DNA of 63,286 nt, counting the filler, from Octopus bimaculoides (Eukaryota): the NCBI RefSeq assembly GCF_001194135.2. It is 6 parts of 6 records of this genome, joined end to end, with 100 filler letters (N's around TTAATTAATTAA, not from the genome) between each part and the next. Parts side by side here need not be neighbours in the genome. Positions count along the whole stretch, not along the records: positions 1 to 21,174 come from NC_068988.1; 5 more parts are not named here. One strand, written 5' to 3'. The notes beneath the pieces were generated by a model. The model saw only the letters and a program-made list of their open reading frames with translations. It was not told the DNA's origin and did no database searches. Below are positions 1-12,845 of this stretch, one piece after another. Every line of letters starts with the position of its first letter. Position 1 is the stretch's first letter. The position numbers were made by a program, and so were the translations under genes.

Positions 1-290
1 CATTATCATCATCAACATTTAATGTCTGTTTTCCATGCTGGCATGGGTTGGATAGTTTGACTGGAGTCAGCCAGAGTGCTGCACCAGTCCCCAATTGTCT
101 GTTTCAGCATGATTTCTACAGCTGGATGCCCTTCCTAATGCCAACCACTTTACAGTGTACTGCATGCTTTCTATGTGGCACCTGCACAAGTGCTTCTGTG
201 TCTGTTTTGGCAGGGTTTTTACGGTTGGATGCCCTTCTCACACACAACAGAGTGGACTGAGTGCTTTTTATGTGGCACAGACACAGGCGA
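1..290 (-). repeat. RTE-type LINE 3' tail ending in (GAT)n
   Basis: Reverse complement of GTTGGCATTAGGAAGGGCATCCAGC..CCAACCCATGCCAGCATGGAAAACAGAC.TTAAATG(ATG)n. Other - copies: 2121-2392, 43883-44200, 63083-63200; + copies: 7300-7505, 14225-14450. Confidence 0.75.
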
Positions 291-302
291 GGTCAGTGTG
301 TA

Positions 303-347
<45 letters not shown>

Positions 348-1171
348 GAAAAAGAAGAAAAATGGAGAAAATAGCATTTCGACATCAATTTATTGAAACA
401 AATCCAATTTCAAACAATATCAAACTCATAGAACCTATAATTGTTTCCATATCCAATGATGAAATTCAGTCTGTTTACATAACATGGTAGCTATATATTA
501 CATCAACAAGACCTGTTGTTTTATTTTTATCATAGTATCCACTAAGAATTATTTTCTAAGCCTCTTGGCTATAATTGTTGGTACTAACAATTAAATACTA
601 ATTTATTTAATATAATCTAAATCATAACTACATCCATTGTCTACTGCACACCATGTGATGACGATGAATTCAAACTGTCTACCATTCACTACAGCTGTAC
701 ACCATGTCATCAAGACCTGTGCACAGTACTCTTTTTTTACTACAACAATGAGAAAAAGACACAGACAACTACAACTGAGAAACACATCAACATTAATATA
801 ATCAAAATTAAGACCATGTATACACATACTGACACAAAAAAAGTTCTGAGTTCATTAAAGCATGAAATATAGATCCAATTTCACATATATGACCCAGGGT
901 GGTTTTTTTTTTTTTTTTTTTGAGGTATCTTTTCAGAAAAAAAGTGCATCTTATATCCCATCGAATATGGTAGTTACATTGCTTTACTTTCTGTGTTCCA
1001 ATTTCACAATGGTTAACATTTTTCTTCCATCAAAGTTCGATAAAATAAGCCCAGTCTATTATTGAGTAAGATTAAGTCAATTATAGATTAATTATCGCCC
1101 TCCTCCAAAATATTTATAAATGTCATAAATCAGTATTATTATTGATTTTGTTTTGCTGTCATGAATTATAG

Positions 1172-1277
1172 AGTGAGAGGGCTGCCCTGAATAAACATGC
1201 TGATGAAATCCACCAGAAACTGCAGTTATTAGAGTCGTTGAGTAAAAAAAACAGTGAGGGAAAATTTGAAAATGAAG
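1172..1277 (+). CDS. PIKFYVE: PIKfyve exon (SERAALNKHADEIHQKLQLLESLSKKNSEGKFENE), phase 0 to 1
   Basis: Boundaries tatag| and |gtatgg; open frame splices in phase to the next exon; aligns by eye with the helical region upstream of the conserved 'W-N-x-x-L/I-Q-D' motif of PIKfyve. Confidence 0.8.
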
Positions 1278-1507
1278 GTATGGCCTTTTTTTTTTTGTGT
1301 GTGCTTTTACAGTTTTCTGTGTTTTCATTCTAGCATGAGTAAAATTATTAAAAATCTGAATAGCTTTTTTAAGACTAATAACTCAACATTAACAGCTAGT
1401 TTGTTTGCATCTTTGCAGTTTTAGACGACCTAAAGAGCTGTGGCTGTTGGGTAGGTTTTGGTGGCAACAATTTCATGAAAATCTCTTTTATGTTTTCTCT
1501 TTGACAG

Positions 1508-1598
1508 AAGTTTGTTTTTCCTTGTGCAATCAAATCACAGACAGTCTGACCAGTTTAACACAGATGGTTGCAGAAGCAGTGGTAAACTGGAATGCAAA
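1508..1598 (+). CDS. PIKFYVE: PIKfyve exon (EVCFSLCNQITDSLTSLTQMVAEAVVNWNAK)
   Basis: Boundaries ttgacag| and |gtaag; phase 1 to 2; resembles vertebrate 'SLIAKKQSLCEVLQAWNNRLQD'. Confidence 0.85.
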
Positions 1599-2732
1599 GT
1601 AAGAATTTGTTTGAATTTTCTTCAGTTCATTCAGCTTTCGTAAGTATATGAAACGACATTGGATTGGATTGGATTGCCCATTTTCAGTCCACTGCAGAAC
1701 AAAGGCCTCAGCATATTCTCACCACCCAGCCATGGTCTGATATGCATACTATGAATTCGATCTTGAGATCATACTGGTTTGATGAGCCTACTCGGCATGG
1801 GTTGGCAGAGGGGTGCAGTTTTTTTTTATACTCATACCCAGGAATAGTTAAGTCAGTTACATAGACCCCAGTGTTTAACTGGTACTTATTTAATTGACCC
1901 TGAAAGGATGAAAGACAAAGTCGGTCTCAGTGGAATTTGAACTCAGAACGTAAGGACAGATGAAATATCACTAAGCATTTCACTCAGCACGCTAACAATT
2001 CTACTAGCTCACTACCCTACAAAATGGCATAAGTAATGACATTGTGCAGCAGAAAAATATAACATAAAGTCAAAAACAACAAGGCCAATGGTTGAACTCT
2101 GTTCTTGCTCAGTCAGCACCATCATCATCATCGTTTAACATCTGATTTCCCTGCTGGCATGGGTTGGATGGTTTGACCGAGGACTGGCAAGCCAGAAGGC
2201 TGCTCCAGGCTCCAATCTGATCTGACAAGGTTTCTACAGCTGGATTCCCTTTCTAACACCAACCACTCTGAGAGTGTAGTGGGTGCTTTTTACATGCCAC
2301 TGGCATGGGAACATTTAGGTGGCACTGGCATCGACCACGTTTGTATGGTGCATTTTACGTGCCACTGGCACAGGAGCCATGTCTTGGCCTAAACTCTCTG
2401 AAGCAATTTTTTCTCTCAAACATTTGCATGATGAGTTTATGATAAAGTTTAATCCAAATCAGTTTGTGAAATTCCTGGCAAGAGTATATTTCTCTGATTT
2501 AGCTCACAAACTGTTTACTTGCTTAGAACTCTTAAGTTTAACATAGAGTTGATAACTTCTCCTGTCTTTGGGTTCAGATTTGTCTAGATTTTGTAATAAT
2601 ATATTAACTTCATTAATAGGAATTTATATCCAAAATGCTTAACTTAAATATATTTCACAGTTCTATACATTAACCTTATTAATAGTGTTATAATTAACAA
2701 TACAAATAATAATTTAAACTGTTTCTTTGAAG

Positions 2733-2817
2733 AATCCAAGATTTTCCCGTGCAAAAGAAAGAGAAGTCCAAAACACAAAGTCCTGCTGTGAAGGAACATC
2801 AGTCATCTTTAGATGTG
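2733..2817 (+). CDS. PIKFYVE: PIKfyve exon (KIQDFPVQKKEKSKTQSPAVKEHQSSLDV)
   Basis: Boundaries ctttgaag| and |gtaag; phase 2 to 0; continues the WNAKIQDF motif. Confidence 0.85.
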
Positions 2818-3701
2818 GTAAGTATTATTTCATCCCATTTTACAAATCTAATAAAATCAATCTGTAATTAAAATATTATGGAGATTCAAATATGTAAACT
2901 AAAAGACTCCACTAATAACTAGAGAATATCATCACTTCAAATCCTCAAACCTCCATAATGTTGTTTCTGTAGGCAAGTTATATTATCGTAACTCAATCAA
3001 ACTCTCTTTCTCTCTCTCTCTCATACTAACCTTAATCAAGCAGATGTATAATTAAGCCATAACCATCTTGTCCCTTTTTTTTTTTCTTGCAAGAATAGTG
3101 TACCTGAGCTACATTATCCAATATGTCTGTTTTTAAGATGGCAGGGTGTGGCTTTGGAAAGAATTGACAGCTACTTCTCATTGGTGCCTGTCTTTTGTAA
3201 AGGTCAAAATGTTGTAGAAACATGCTGTCTTAAAAATAGATTGAAAATATCTTGTTAATATATGTGCAGCTTAGTCAGTAGATTCAATGCACTGCTACTA
3301 GCCTTCTAATGTAACCAAACATCTGTCTGTAAAAACATATTCCAACAATATATGCCACAATCTCTATTTGTAGAGCCATAAGTTATATATGATGTTGGAT
3401 GATAGAAATGCTATAGCATCTCACAAAATACTTTGTGGTTTCATCCCTTTATATTCTGAGCTGAAATCCCATGCAGCAAGTTGACTTTGCTTTTTTTCCT
3501 TTTGGGTGTGCTAAAATAAGTACTTGGGTCAGTGTGTCTGACCAGACTCTTAAGGGCAATATACTTCAGCAATGACTGAAACTCGTAAAATAATACATAT
3601 GTTATTTTATTAGTTCATCATTTCTATTTTATCAGAATATATTTAATGATTTAGTTGTGAATGTCTGAACACAAAAAGCAGCTTTAAACAAGAACATACC
3701 G

Positions 3702-3932
3702 CTACAGGTTCTTGAGACTCACATTTAGAGTGCTGTTAGAATTTTTGTCTCTTGGACTAGAAGAGTGCTTCCCTTTCCACTACAGGTTCCTGAGACTCAC
3801 ATTTAGAGTGCTGTTAGAGTTTTTGTCTCNNNNNNNNNNGAGTGCTTCCCTTTCCACTACAGGTTCCTGAGACTCACATTTAGAGTGCTGTTAGAGTTTT
3901 TGTCTCTTGGACTAGAAGAGTGCTTCCCTTTC
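3702..3932. repeat. 78-bp tandem repeat, about 3 copies with an internal 10-N gap
   Basis: Unit ctacaggttcctgagactcacatttagagtgctgttagagtttttgtctcttggactagaagagtgcttccctttcca at 3702, 3780, 3857. Confidence 0.9.
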
Positions 3933-4533
3933 CAATAATATCTCCCAGCCAAAGACATCAAGAAACAATCTATTATCTTGATCTGTCTGTCTCACTGAAC
4001 AGCTTAAATAATAAATTTGCTTCAGGAGATTTCTATTTATTAACTTTACTAACTCATTATAATAAGCAGCTATAGACGTCCCATCTCTTGCAGAATGAAA
4101 ATTGGTAAAAAAAAAATGTGACCACTTATCACTATCCAAAGTGCTAATCCATTTCCCTCAATTTAAGGCTGACATAGGATTACATTTTAGCTAAACTAAT
4201 GCCATGTGGGAAGCATGTTATTCAAGCATCAAACCTTCATCCACTTCTACAAATGACTTAGGCTCTATACAATAAAAGAGTGTTATCTGGGACCTCCTTC
4301 CTGGGGAATGTATTCATAGCACAGAAGCCTTCTGATTAAGGCTACTAATCCCTTCCATAAAAAGTGAGAATTTGTTGGCTAGCACACAGCCATAACACTT
4401 ATTAAGAAAATTACATCACACACTGTAGATCATGAAATTACATAATTCTCTGTACAAAATATATTTGGATATAGGCTGTTGTGAAGCTGAATAAAACCTA
4501 ATTAATTAACTTACTAAACTGGTGTAGTCTTCC

Positions 4534-4757
4534 TTAACCCTTTAACATTCATATTACTTTGTCAAATATAATGCTTATTTATTCACATTGTTTTTAATTA
4601 ATCATGCATTATCTCCAAAGCTTTGAGACTTTGATGATGTGATTTTTTATTTTTAAAATAACATTGTATGGTAGGTGTGAGAGGCCAGATCTGTTTGAAC
4701 ATAAAACAGATTAAATATTTGGCCCAGATATGGCTTTTTTAAATACTAATGGGTTAA
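4534..4757. mobile_element. piggyBac-type MITE
   Basis: TTAA|CCC(T/A)TTA..TAATGGG|TTAA: imperfect TIRs with TTAA on both sides. Confidence 0.75.
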
Positions 4758-4946
4758 TGTTAGAACTCTAACATTGTTTTAGTGTAATTCTAGAAATATA
4801 TTTTGGTACAGAGTCAATTGGAACATTTATTGTATAAATAATACTACTGACATTAGTTTGTTTATTTATCTATTGTTTTGTTTACTTTCTGTGGTTTAAA
4901 TGACATGAGCAGGTTCAGCATAATATAAGGTTGATGTTTCTTGCAG

Positions 4947-5109
4947 GTGGACAATTATCCAGCATCTGTCCAATCATTTACAGACAATAGTTACAATTCA
5001 ACTTTGTCAAACAGTCCTCATCACACACCACAGGTTGAAGCACCTGACATTTACGTTGAAGAGGAATCAGTTGATTCTCAGGCTTCCAGTGGTACGACTA
5101 TATCAGCCG
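4947..5109 (+). CDS. PIKFYVE: PIKfyve exon, Ser/Thr-rich linker (VDNYPASVQ...TTISA)
   Basis: Boundaries tttcttgcag| and |gtacat; 163 nt, phase 0 to 1, no stops. Confidence 0.78.
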
Positions 5110-5135
5110 GTACATACACTTCATTTCTTTTTTTG

Positions 5136-5172
<37 letters not shown>

Positions 5173-6368
5173 AAGTGCTTTAGCTAATATTTAAGTCATC
5201 TTCAGTATTGTTGGTGTCATCACTGACACCAGTATAATAATAATAATAATGTAATGATGTTGCTGATCATGATGATGTTTAGTGGGAAATAAAAAGATAA
5301 TGGTTATTGAAGAAAGGTGAGTGTTATACCTGTTGTTGTTGGAGCCTTGGGTACTATAAGTGCCATGTTCACAAACTGGATTGGAAAAACGGGGGCAAAT
5401 GTGAAGATAGAGCATCTACAGAAAACAGTGTAGTTTGAAACTGCTTGAACCATCCACAGAGTTCTCAAAGTTTTAATCCTGCAAAGTTGCTACTGTTTAA
5501 CAATATGAATAATAACTATCATTATTAATGATAGTAATAATGGTTTCAAATTTTGCTACAAGGGCAGCCATTTTGGGGGAGGGGATAAGTCAATTACAAT
5601 GACCCCAATGTTTCAATGGTACTTAATTTATCGACCCCGAAAGGATGAAAGGGAAAGTTGACCTTGGCAGAATTTGAACTCTGAGCATATCAGCAGATGA
5701 AATGCAGCTAAGCATTTCACCTGGCATGCTAACGATTCTGCCAGCTCACCTCCTTATACTTAATGATAATAATAATAATAGCAATAGTACTTTTACACCT
5801 ATACATTGTTATACTAAATGACACTACTATGTTTAGTTATTATAAGTAGAACTTATTACCAAACACCTCTTTCTGGTTCAGGCTAGCAGGAAAAAAAACT
5901 ATTCTAAAATATTGGTGTTGACAATTATAATGGAGATCAAGAAGAGGTACTGGGGAAGAAATGTCAAGAAAATTCAGAATTGGTGTAACAGACATTCTCC
6001 TGAATTACAGTTGCTGTTGTTTCTTTTAGTTCCAGGGCAACTCTGATCAAAGGCACTCTAGCCTTGACCAGCCTATCTCTAACTTTCAGGTATAGTTTAT
6101 CTAGAAGTTGTGTCAAGTCTTTTCATGATAGTAGGGTGAGCTGTGAGAGAGATTTAGTTATTAATTCCAACAACTGACTACACAGAGGCCCTGCTTATAT
6201 ACCTATGAGGTTTCCTTATTCGATCAAGAGGCTCCCTTAATTGATAGCTTTATATAAAGTTGCTCCGTGTCTCATCACTCCACATATATTTCAGTAGATG
6301 TAAAATGTTTTCTGAAAAATATCTTCTGTACACTTATTTATAATTGGTGTCTGTTTTTGTTTTTCCAG

Positions 6369-6452
6369 CATCTTCGTCACCTTTACCAATTCCACAAGAT
6401 GATAAAGATATCTCTGTTAACACTGAAGTAGATATTTCTGACAGAACATCAG
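6369..6452 (+). CDS. PIKFYVE: PIKfyve exon (ASSSPLPIPQDDKDISVNTEVDISDRTS)
   Basis: Boundaries ttttccag| and |gtatgg; 84 nt, phase 1 to 1, open. Confidence 0.78.
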
Positions 6453-7232
6453 GTATGGTTTGTTGATTTCATTAGTGCACCTACAATAAATTGTATTTAT
6501 GTTCAGATTATTGTCCTCAGTATTTATTTATTAACTGGTACATTGACTTTCCTCTTTAGAACTACCTTTAGTTCCTTTCTCATTTCCTTTCTGTCCTTTT
6601 ATTCCTCGCATATTTTACCAACCTACAACTTTTTATGAATATCATTTACCACATCAATGTCTAACTATAACACAAGATCTTAAATCTATACTGAAGTTAT
6701 ATAGACAATTGAATCAGTCTTAGTACATTACGTCTACCTGTTTTATAGATGAGAGAAGGACTACACTAACAAGGGATTCTGTGCATATTTGCTTGACCCA
6801 GACAAATATAGCAGAGACCTCCTCTGAAAGAAAGATATAATGATCTTGGCTGTAATGCCTTTGTTCATAGCTTTTCTTTCAAACAAGGTTGACTTAGTGC
6901 AAACCATTTAGAGCTGCATAAGGATGGCAACCAAAGCGAATATAGGCAGGATTTGAACTCAGAATATAGATATACATTACCAAATACTGCAAGATATTTT
7001 GTCTTGCTGTCAAATGCTTTTGATATCACTCCACCACTCTAATAACATTTACCAAATTAACATTTCTTATAGGTGCAGGCATGGTTGTGTGGTTATGAAG
7101 TTTGCTTCCCAACCGCATGGTTTTTAGTTCTGTCTCACCTGCATGGTATCTTAGGAAAGTGTCTTCTATTATAGCCCTAGGCCAACCAAAGCTTTGCTCA
7201 TGGATTTGGTTGACAAAAGTTGAAAGAAGCCC

Positions 7233-7272
<40 letters not shown>

Positions 7273-9006
7273 TCTGTCGTTTTGTATTATCATAGTATGG
7301 CTGTTGTAAATGAATGCCATTCATTTCCAATATTCTCAAAAACATGTCTGGTCAAGAGGAAATATTACCTTGCTTGGAAACAGGTATGGGTTGGTGACAG
7401 GAAGGGCAACCATAGAAAATCCAACCATAGAAAATCTGCTTCAATAAACTTTGCTTCACCTATGCAAGCATGGTAAAATGGATATTAAGTGATGATGTTG
7501 ATGACATCTCATGTTACTAATCCTGGAAGGTCCCTTTAGACTGACTGCTTTCTTCCTTTAAAAAAATCATTTGAAGCAAAACAAAAAATCACTAATTCTA
7601 AATGATATTCCTCCAATGAAGTAATCTCTCTGAATGAAAAGCTAGTTATACAACATATGTCTGTGGGGATTGTGATAGTGTATGGTAATGAAACAAGGCA
7701 GAATATTTGTAAAAATTAAAGAACAAGGTGAGTTGAATCTGTTAGATGAACAATGTTTATATGCAATATTGGTTGTTGTTCAGCACCAAATTGCCTCTGA
7801 CTGAGCTGATCTATGATCAGAAATATTCTAGTCAGGACTATCCTGTCTGTTTGTTTACAGGTATAGTGTAATTTGGGCAAAAGTTTTCAATTTTTATTTT
7901 TCAAGCTAGTAAGATGTGGTCTGAGAGTGATCTGGTTACCATATCTAGTAGATCAAATGACTACACATGGGCTCCTACATTGTGAAATTGCTTGGATGCA
8001 TATGAGTTGAGAAAGTGACTGGGCAGTTAAAAGCATTGGCAAATCGATGCAAGGGAGACGACCACACTAGCTAGCATGGAGATGAAATATTGGTGGCTGA
8101 CATATACCTGATGAAAGAGTTACTTTAAATTGATTGAGGAGGATATGTGAAGTCGAAGTAGCCAATTAATTCTTAGTGTTGGGGAATAAATGAGTTATTG
8201 TTTTTAAATACTTAGCTAAAACTTTCACAGTTTTTACAGATGATAGGTTTGGATATCACTAATGTGTTTTCTTGTCAGACATATCTCTCTAACATAGAGA
8301 AAAACAGGGTTTCCTCTTCAGTGCTAGAAAATACACCTGCACTGAATAATTGATGGTCCTCTATTTGGTGTATGTACTTCAGCTGTCATACAACCATTCT
8401 GGAGTGCATCCAACGAACAAAGATCTTTTGAGTAGTAGAGTAACAGCCACTAAGCAGTTCAGTACAGTATCTAGGTTATGACTGTATGCAGTTGTTGCTG
8501 TGTATCTGCTAATAATTCTGCAATGTCTTCTACTCTTGAGGACTTAGGATGTAAGGGTTTAATTATATGAACCTATGGCCTTTCAGCTGGAAGTCTAGTA
8601 CTCTATCAGTTCATCCTTTTGCAAGTCAAGTCTGACTTACTATTTAGTACAATTTTCTAAGCATAATCTGCTTTTCCAAATGATCCAGTGACATAAAATG
8701 GGACTGGTTAAAATCATTTCTATTAAATAAATATACAGATTCGTGTTTATGGGTCACTGAATTCTTATGAACTGCTAAATAACAATTAGCATCAGTTGGT
8801 CAATTCTAAACTGCCAAATAAAAGCCATGTAAATCTATTTTCAAAGGGAAACTAAAAATATGAATAGGTACAAATCCAGTTATTCATAACCTACACTGAA
8901 TTGGTAGTCTAATAATTATTTCTAATAACCAGTTATCTTATATGCATTGTTTATATGTAGTCATAGGAAAGTATAGAGTTTCTGTAGTTGTAACAAATAC
9001 TTTGTG

Positions 9007-9228
9007 CAGTAATACCTCACCATATAGCGGTTCACCTATCACCGTTTATTATTTAACCTTATGTCAATTCCTCCATGGTGTTGTTTTGCATTTATAATAA
9101 AATAAATATATACAAATTATAAAAATAATGAAAAAAATATACAGTACCGTACTGTTTCTACTTCACTGATTTTCACCTATCGCGGGGCAGTTTGGAACAT
9201 AACACCCGCGACAGTGGAGGGATTACTG
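9007..9228. mobile_element. Tigger/pogo-type MITE
   Basis: TIRs CAGTAATACCTC / GAGGGATTACTG; right flank TA. Confidence 0.75.
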
Positions 9229-9564
9229 TATATGGACATCTTCCCATTTTCTTTCTTATGCTTAGACTGTTTTCACAATTTACAACATGATTTTGGGCAC
9301 ATGAAATTAGCAAGTGATATTTAACATCACCATTCATCATGATGTTATCATCACCTTATTCATTAAACCTTCCATCTCAACTAATAAGAGTTTTCACTGC
9401 ATTCCATATATGTTGTACATACATCTTCAAGAAGAATTAAATACTTTGTTTATAAGTATTTTTCAACTTTCTTCATTTTGACTTTCTTTAACAGTGTGAT
9501 TGTTACTGTTTTGTTTTCAATATATTAATGGATTAATTATTTTAACCATTTCTTTATCATCTAG

Positions 9565-9720
9565 TAACCAAAGATACTTTATTAGTTGGTAATTTAGATT
9601 CTAATCTAAATTCATCACCTAAAAGTGATGTACCTTTTGGAAGTCAAGAGTCTTCTTCACCAGGAAATGTTCGAGATGAAAGAGATGGTAAACTGAGAGT
9701 TGTAATAAGGGACAGGAAAT
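9565..9720 (+). CDS. PIKFYVE: PIKfyve exon (VTKDTLLVGNLDSNLNSSPKSDVPFGSQESSSPGNVRDERDGKLRVVIRDRK)
   Basis: Boundaries atcatctag| and |gtaagt; 156 nt, phase 1 to 1, open; possible in-frame alternative donor after 9687. Confidence 0.72.
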
Positions 9721-11019
9721 GTAAGTTGTTTTCTTTCTTTCAACATATCTTTCAAAATGAATGAGACATTATTTGTCATTTTTCTTTCTCTTTTCTAAAA
9801 TTTAGTTCTTTATTTTAATTTTTTTTGTGTAATTCCATCCAGTTATAATCAGGCAGATGTATAGATAATGTGTTACAAATGAGAATACTTACAAGTTCAA
9901 TACCCCAGTTATGGTCTTGTTTGTTTTCTTTTCTTACAACATGTCTTTGTATAATATTCATTTTGTAGACTCTGTCGACTATTTCATTAATTATGTTTGA
10001 TTATGAGAAAGTGTGAACCAAAAACTTAAACTTACAGAGCAGTGTGGCATAAATTCTATTGAAATATTGTGATATTTTTGGCTGTTAGATTTGCTGGACT
10101 ATTAGCTCTTATGATACCAACTGTCTGAGACCACCCCTGGTTCTACAGTATAGAAAATCATGTTTTGAAATGATCTAAATTAAAACCTTTCTTCAAAATT
10201 CCATGTTATGTCCAAAACACCACCTTACTAATGAGTTATTTTAACTATTTTTTTTTCCTTTTTGCTAAATTTTCTAAATTAATAGAAACAAGAGCAGTTT
10301 ATTTCATGAGAAATAAAATGACAAAAGTGTTAATGTTTGATCAGCTTTCTAAACATAATATTTCTGTGTTGAGATTAGTTCTTGAAACATTCTTTGGTTG
10401 TGTTTACTCTGATGCAAACATTTGAAGCAAATACTTAACTCTTTCCCCATACTTGTTTATCGTATGGCCATCAACTACATCAATCTCATTAGACTGGGAG
10501 AGCCTGCAAAGGTTATGAGTCTTGATTTAAAATTTTGTTTGAAAAAATATTTGGATGTTGTATTTGGTAAACCAAATGAGTTTGGAGAGAAGTTCTCTCA
10601 TTGTCTACAAATCATGTGCCTTTAGTTAAGTTTCTTTGCTACTTTGTGTTGTTTTAGGCTGGTTTCTTTCACTTAAAAGAGAAGTGGTTTGTTTGATGGG
10701 AAGTTTTGGTGCCTAGATTAGGAGCTAGAGTAACACCTAAAGAAACTCTTTCAGGCTGGATTGTCTCAAGATAGTTTATACTGATGTGTAATTATTACCA
10801 GAAAAGTTTTCCTATCATGTTTCTTTTGCTGCTTTGTATGAGTAAAATGTTAGGATAATGTTTGGCACATTCCTCTATCTCTTCCATTCACCTATATCAA
10901 TTCCTAATTTTTTCATATTTAGTCTCTTCATCAGAATGTTGTGCTTAATGGAAACATCTTTGTTACGTTCTCCAGCAAAGCCGTCAGCAATTCTAAAATT
11001 TTGCTCTCCAATCCAATAG

Positions 11020-11131
11020 ATAACACTGATGATGTTGGGAATGAAGAACAAGAAAAGAAACGGACAGTACTGAGTCGAATACCAGGGTTCCGTTCATCCA
11101 CTGGAAACATGGCAAGTTTGAGAATGCCTTT
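11020..11131 (+). CDS. PIKFYVE: PIKfyve exon (NTDDVGNEEQEKKRTVLSRIPGFRSSTGNMASLRMPF)
   Basis: Boundaries tccaatag| and |gtgagt; phase 1 to 2; matches the position of vertebrate 'KEKSTMKAIFANLLPGNSYNPIPFPF'. Confidence 0.82.
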
Positions 11132-11467
11132 GTGAGTAATGGATACGAATATCTTTATAATATATTCTTTTCTTCTTTGGTTTGTCTTAGTTTAAAAATA
11201 ACAATATGTAACTGTTCCATAATTGATCAAGTGAGTGAATCGACAGAATTTGGTAGGGAAGGCTGCAGAATTTTAACTGTAATATCAGCAATGATCACCT
11301 TGTCTAAGGCTTTAACTGCTTGAGAGTTATATCTAAATAATGGCTCTCTGCCTGCTTGTCTGCCTGACCTCCTCTCTGTCTCTCTGTATTATGTGTATGT
11401 GTATATGTGTGTGTATGTGTACATATGTGTGTGTGCATCTGTATGTATATATGTGTGTGTGTGTACG

Positions 11468-11509
<42 letters not shown>

Positions 11510-12530
11510 GGGATAAAATCCAAAACTACAGGTAAAAACTCAATTAAAATCAATTTATTAAAAATTAAAATTAAATTAAGTTTCACAGTATAAAATATAT
11601 ATAAATATATAGTTTTTTTTTTTTTTCCCTAAAACTATATATNNNNNNNNNNNNNNNNNNNNNNNNNNNNNNNNNNNNNNNNNNNNNNNNNNNNNNNNNN
11701 NNNNNNNNNNNNNNNNNNNNNNNNNNNNNNNNNNNNNNNNNNNNNNNNNNNNNNNNNNNNNNNNNNNNNNNNNNNNNNNNNNNNNNNNNNNNNNNNNNNN
11801 NNNNNNNNNNNNNNNNNNNNNNNNNNNNNNNNNNNNNNNNNNNNNNNNNNNNNNNNNNNNNNNNNNNNNNNNNNNNNNNNNNNNNNNNNNNNNNNNNNNN
11901 NNNNNNNNNNNNNNNNNNNNNNNNNNNNNNNNNNNNNNNNNNNNNNNNNNNNNNNNNNNNNNNNNNNNNNNNNNNNNNNNNNNNNNNNNNNNNNNNNNNN
12001 NNNNNNNNNNNNNNNNNNNNNNNNNNNNNNNNNNNNNNNNNNNNNNNNNNNNNNNNNNNNNNNNNNNNNNNNNNNNNNNNNNNNNNNNNNNNNNNNNNNN
12101 NNNNNNNNNNNNNNNNNNNNNNNNNNNNNNNNNNNNNNNNNNNNNNNNNNNNNNNNNNNNNNNNNNNNNNNNNNNNNNNNNNNNNNNNNNNNNNNNNNNN
12201 NNNNNNNNNNNNNNNNNNNNNNNNNNNNNNNNNNNNNNNNNNNNNNNNNNNNNNNNNNNNNNNNNNNNNNNNNNNNNNNNNNNNNNNNNNNNNNNNNNNN
12301 NNNNNNNNNNNNNNNNNNNNNNNNNNNNNNNNNNNNNNNNNNNNNNNNNNNNNNNNNNNNNNNNNNNNNNNNNNNNNNNNNNNNNNNNNNNNNNNNNNNN
12401 NNNNNNNNNNNNNNNNNNNNNNNNNNNNNNNNNNNNNNNNNNNNNNNNNNNNNNNNNNNNNNNNNNNNNNNNNNNNNNNNNNNNNNNNNNNNNNNNNNNN
12501 NNNNNNNNNNNNNNNNNNNNNNNNNNNNNN

Positions 12531-12845
12531 ATATGTATTTGGAGCCCATTTTTCTATTTAAGGTTTTCTTTGATATTTTTTTAATAGAGTGAATTTGTAT
12601 TAAATTTATTTGGTCTGTGAATTACGCATCATTGACCGTTAATTGAAACGACCAATCCATGGCCCTTATTTGAAACAACCAATCAAACGAATCCATGTGT
12701 TTTAAATTTTATATTACTTTTGATTGCATTGTTATCCTTTCTCCATTTCTAACAAAACTGTCCGATGAACGGGAACGTGAAACTCAGAGTAACGGTTTTT
12801 TTTTTGTTATATTTCTGCTGCTTTTAAATAAAGTATATATATTAT
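12531..12845 (+). mobile_element. Probable PLE 3' terminal (pLTR) fragment, 5' part lost in the gap
   Basis: Contains a hammerhead fold followed by a T-rich tract and AATAAA, as in the other PLE ends here; no ORF visible, so the PLE assignment is inferred. Confidence 0.5.
12754..12799 (+). ncRNA. Compact type I hammerhead ribozyme fold with U4C core variant
   Basis: AAAACTGT-CCGATGA-ACG GGAA CGT-GAA-ACTC A GAGT-A-ACGGTTTT: 8-bp stem I, 3-bp stem II with a GNRA loop, 4-bp stem III, GUA triplet. Confidence 0.8.

Noticed and set aside
1200-1228. CTGATGA..GAAAC in a PIKfyve exon
   Set aside because: No stem II or stem I; explained by codons
3912-4139. - strand 75-aa ORF, and similar short ORFs at 603-827 and 3032-3223
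   Set aside because: No recognisable domain or consistent splice chain
5320-5415. - strand exon-like segment (ttttctgtag..cag|gtataa) as a missing DAAM exon
   Set aside because: No frame resembles DAAM FH3, FH1 or FH2
8306-8326. Hammerhead on the - strand (CTGAAGA-G-GAAAC)
   Set aside because: Only 1 nt for stem II and no stem I or III
11635-12549. Long ORF-track entries spanning N runs (also 22.7-23.7, 30.9-31.9, 41-42, 55.2-55.9 and 60.7-61.4 kb)
   Set aside because: They are open only because N translates to X
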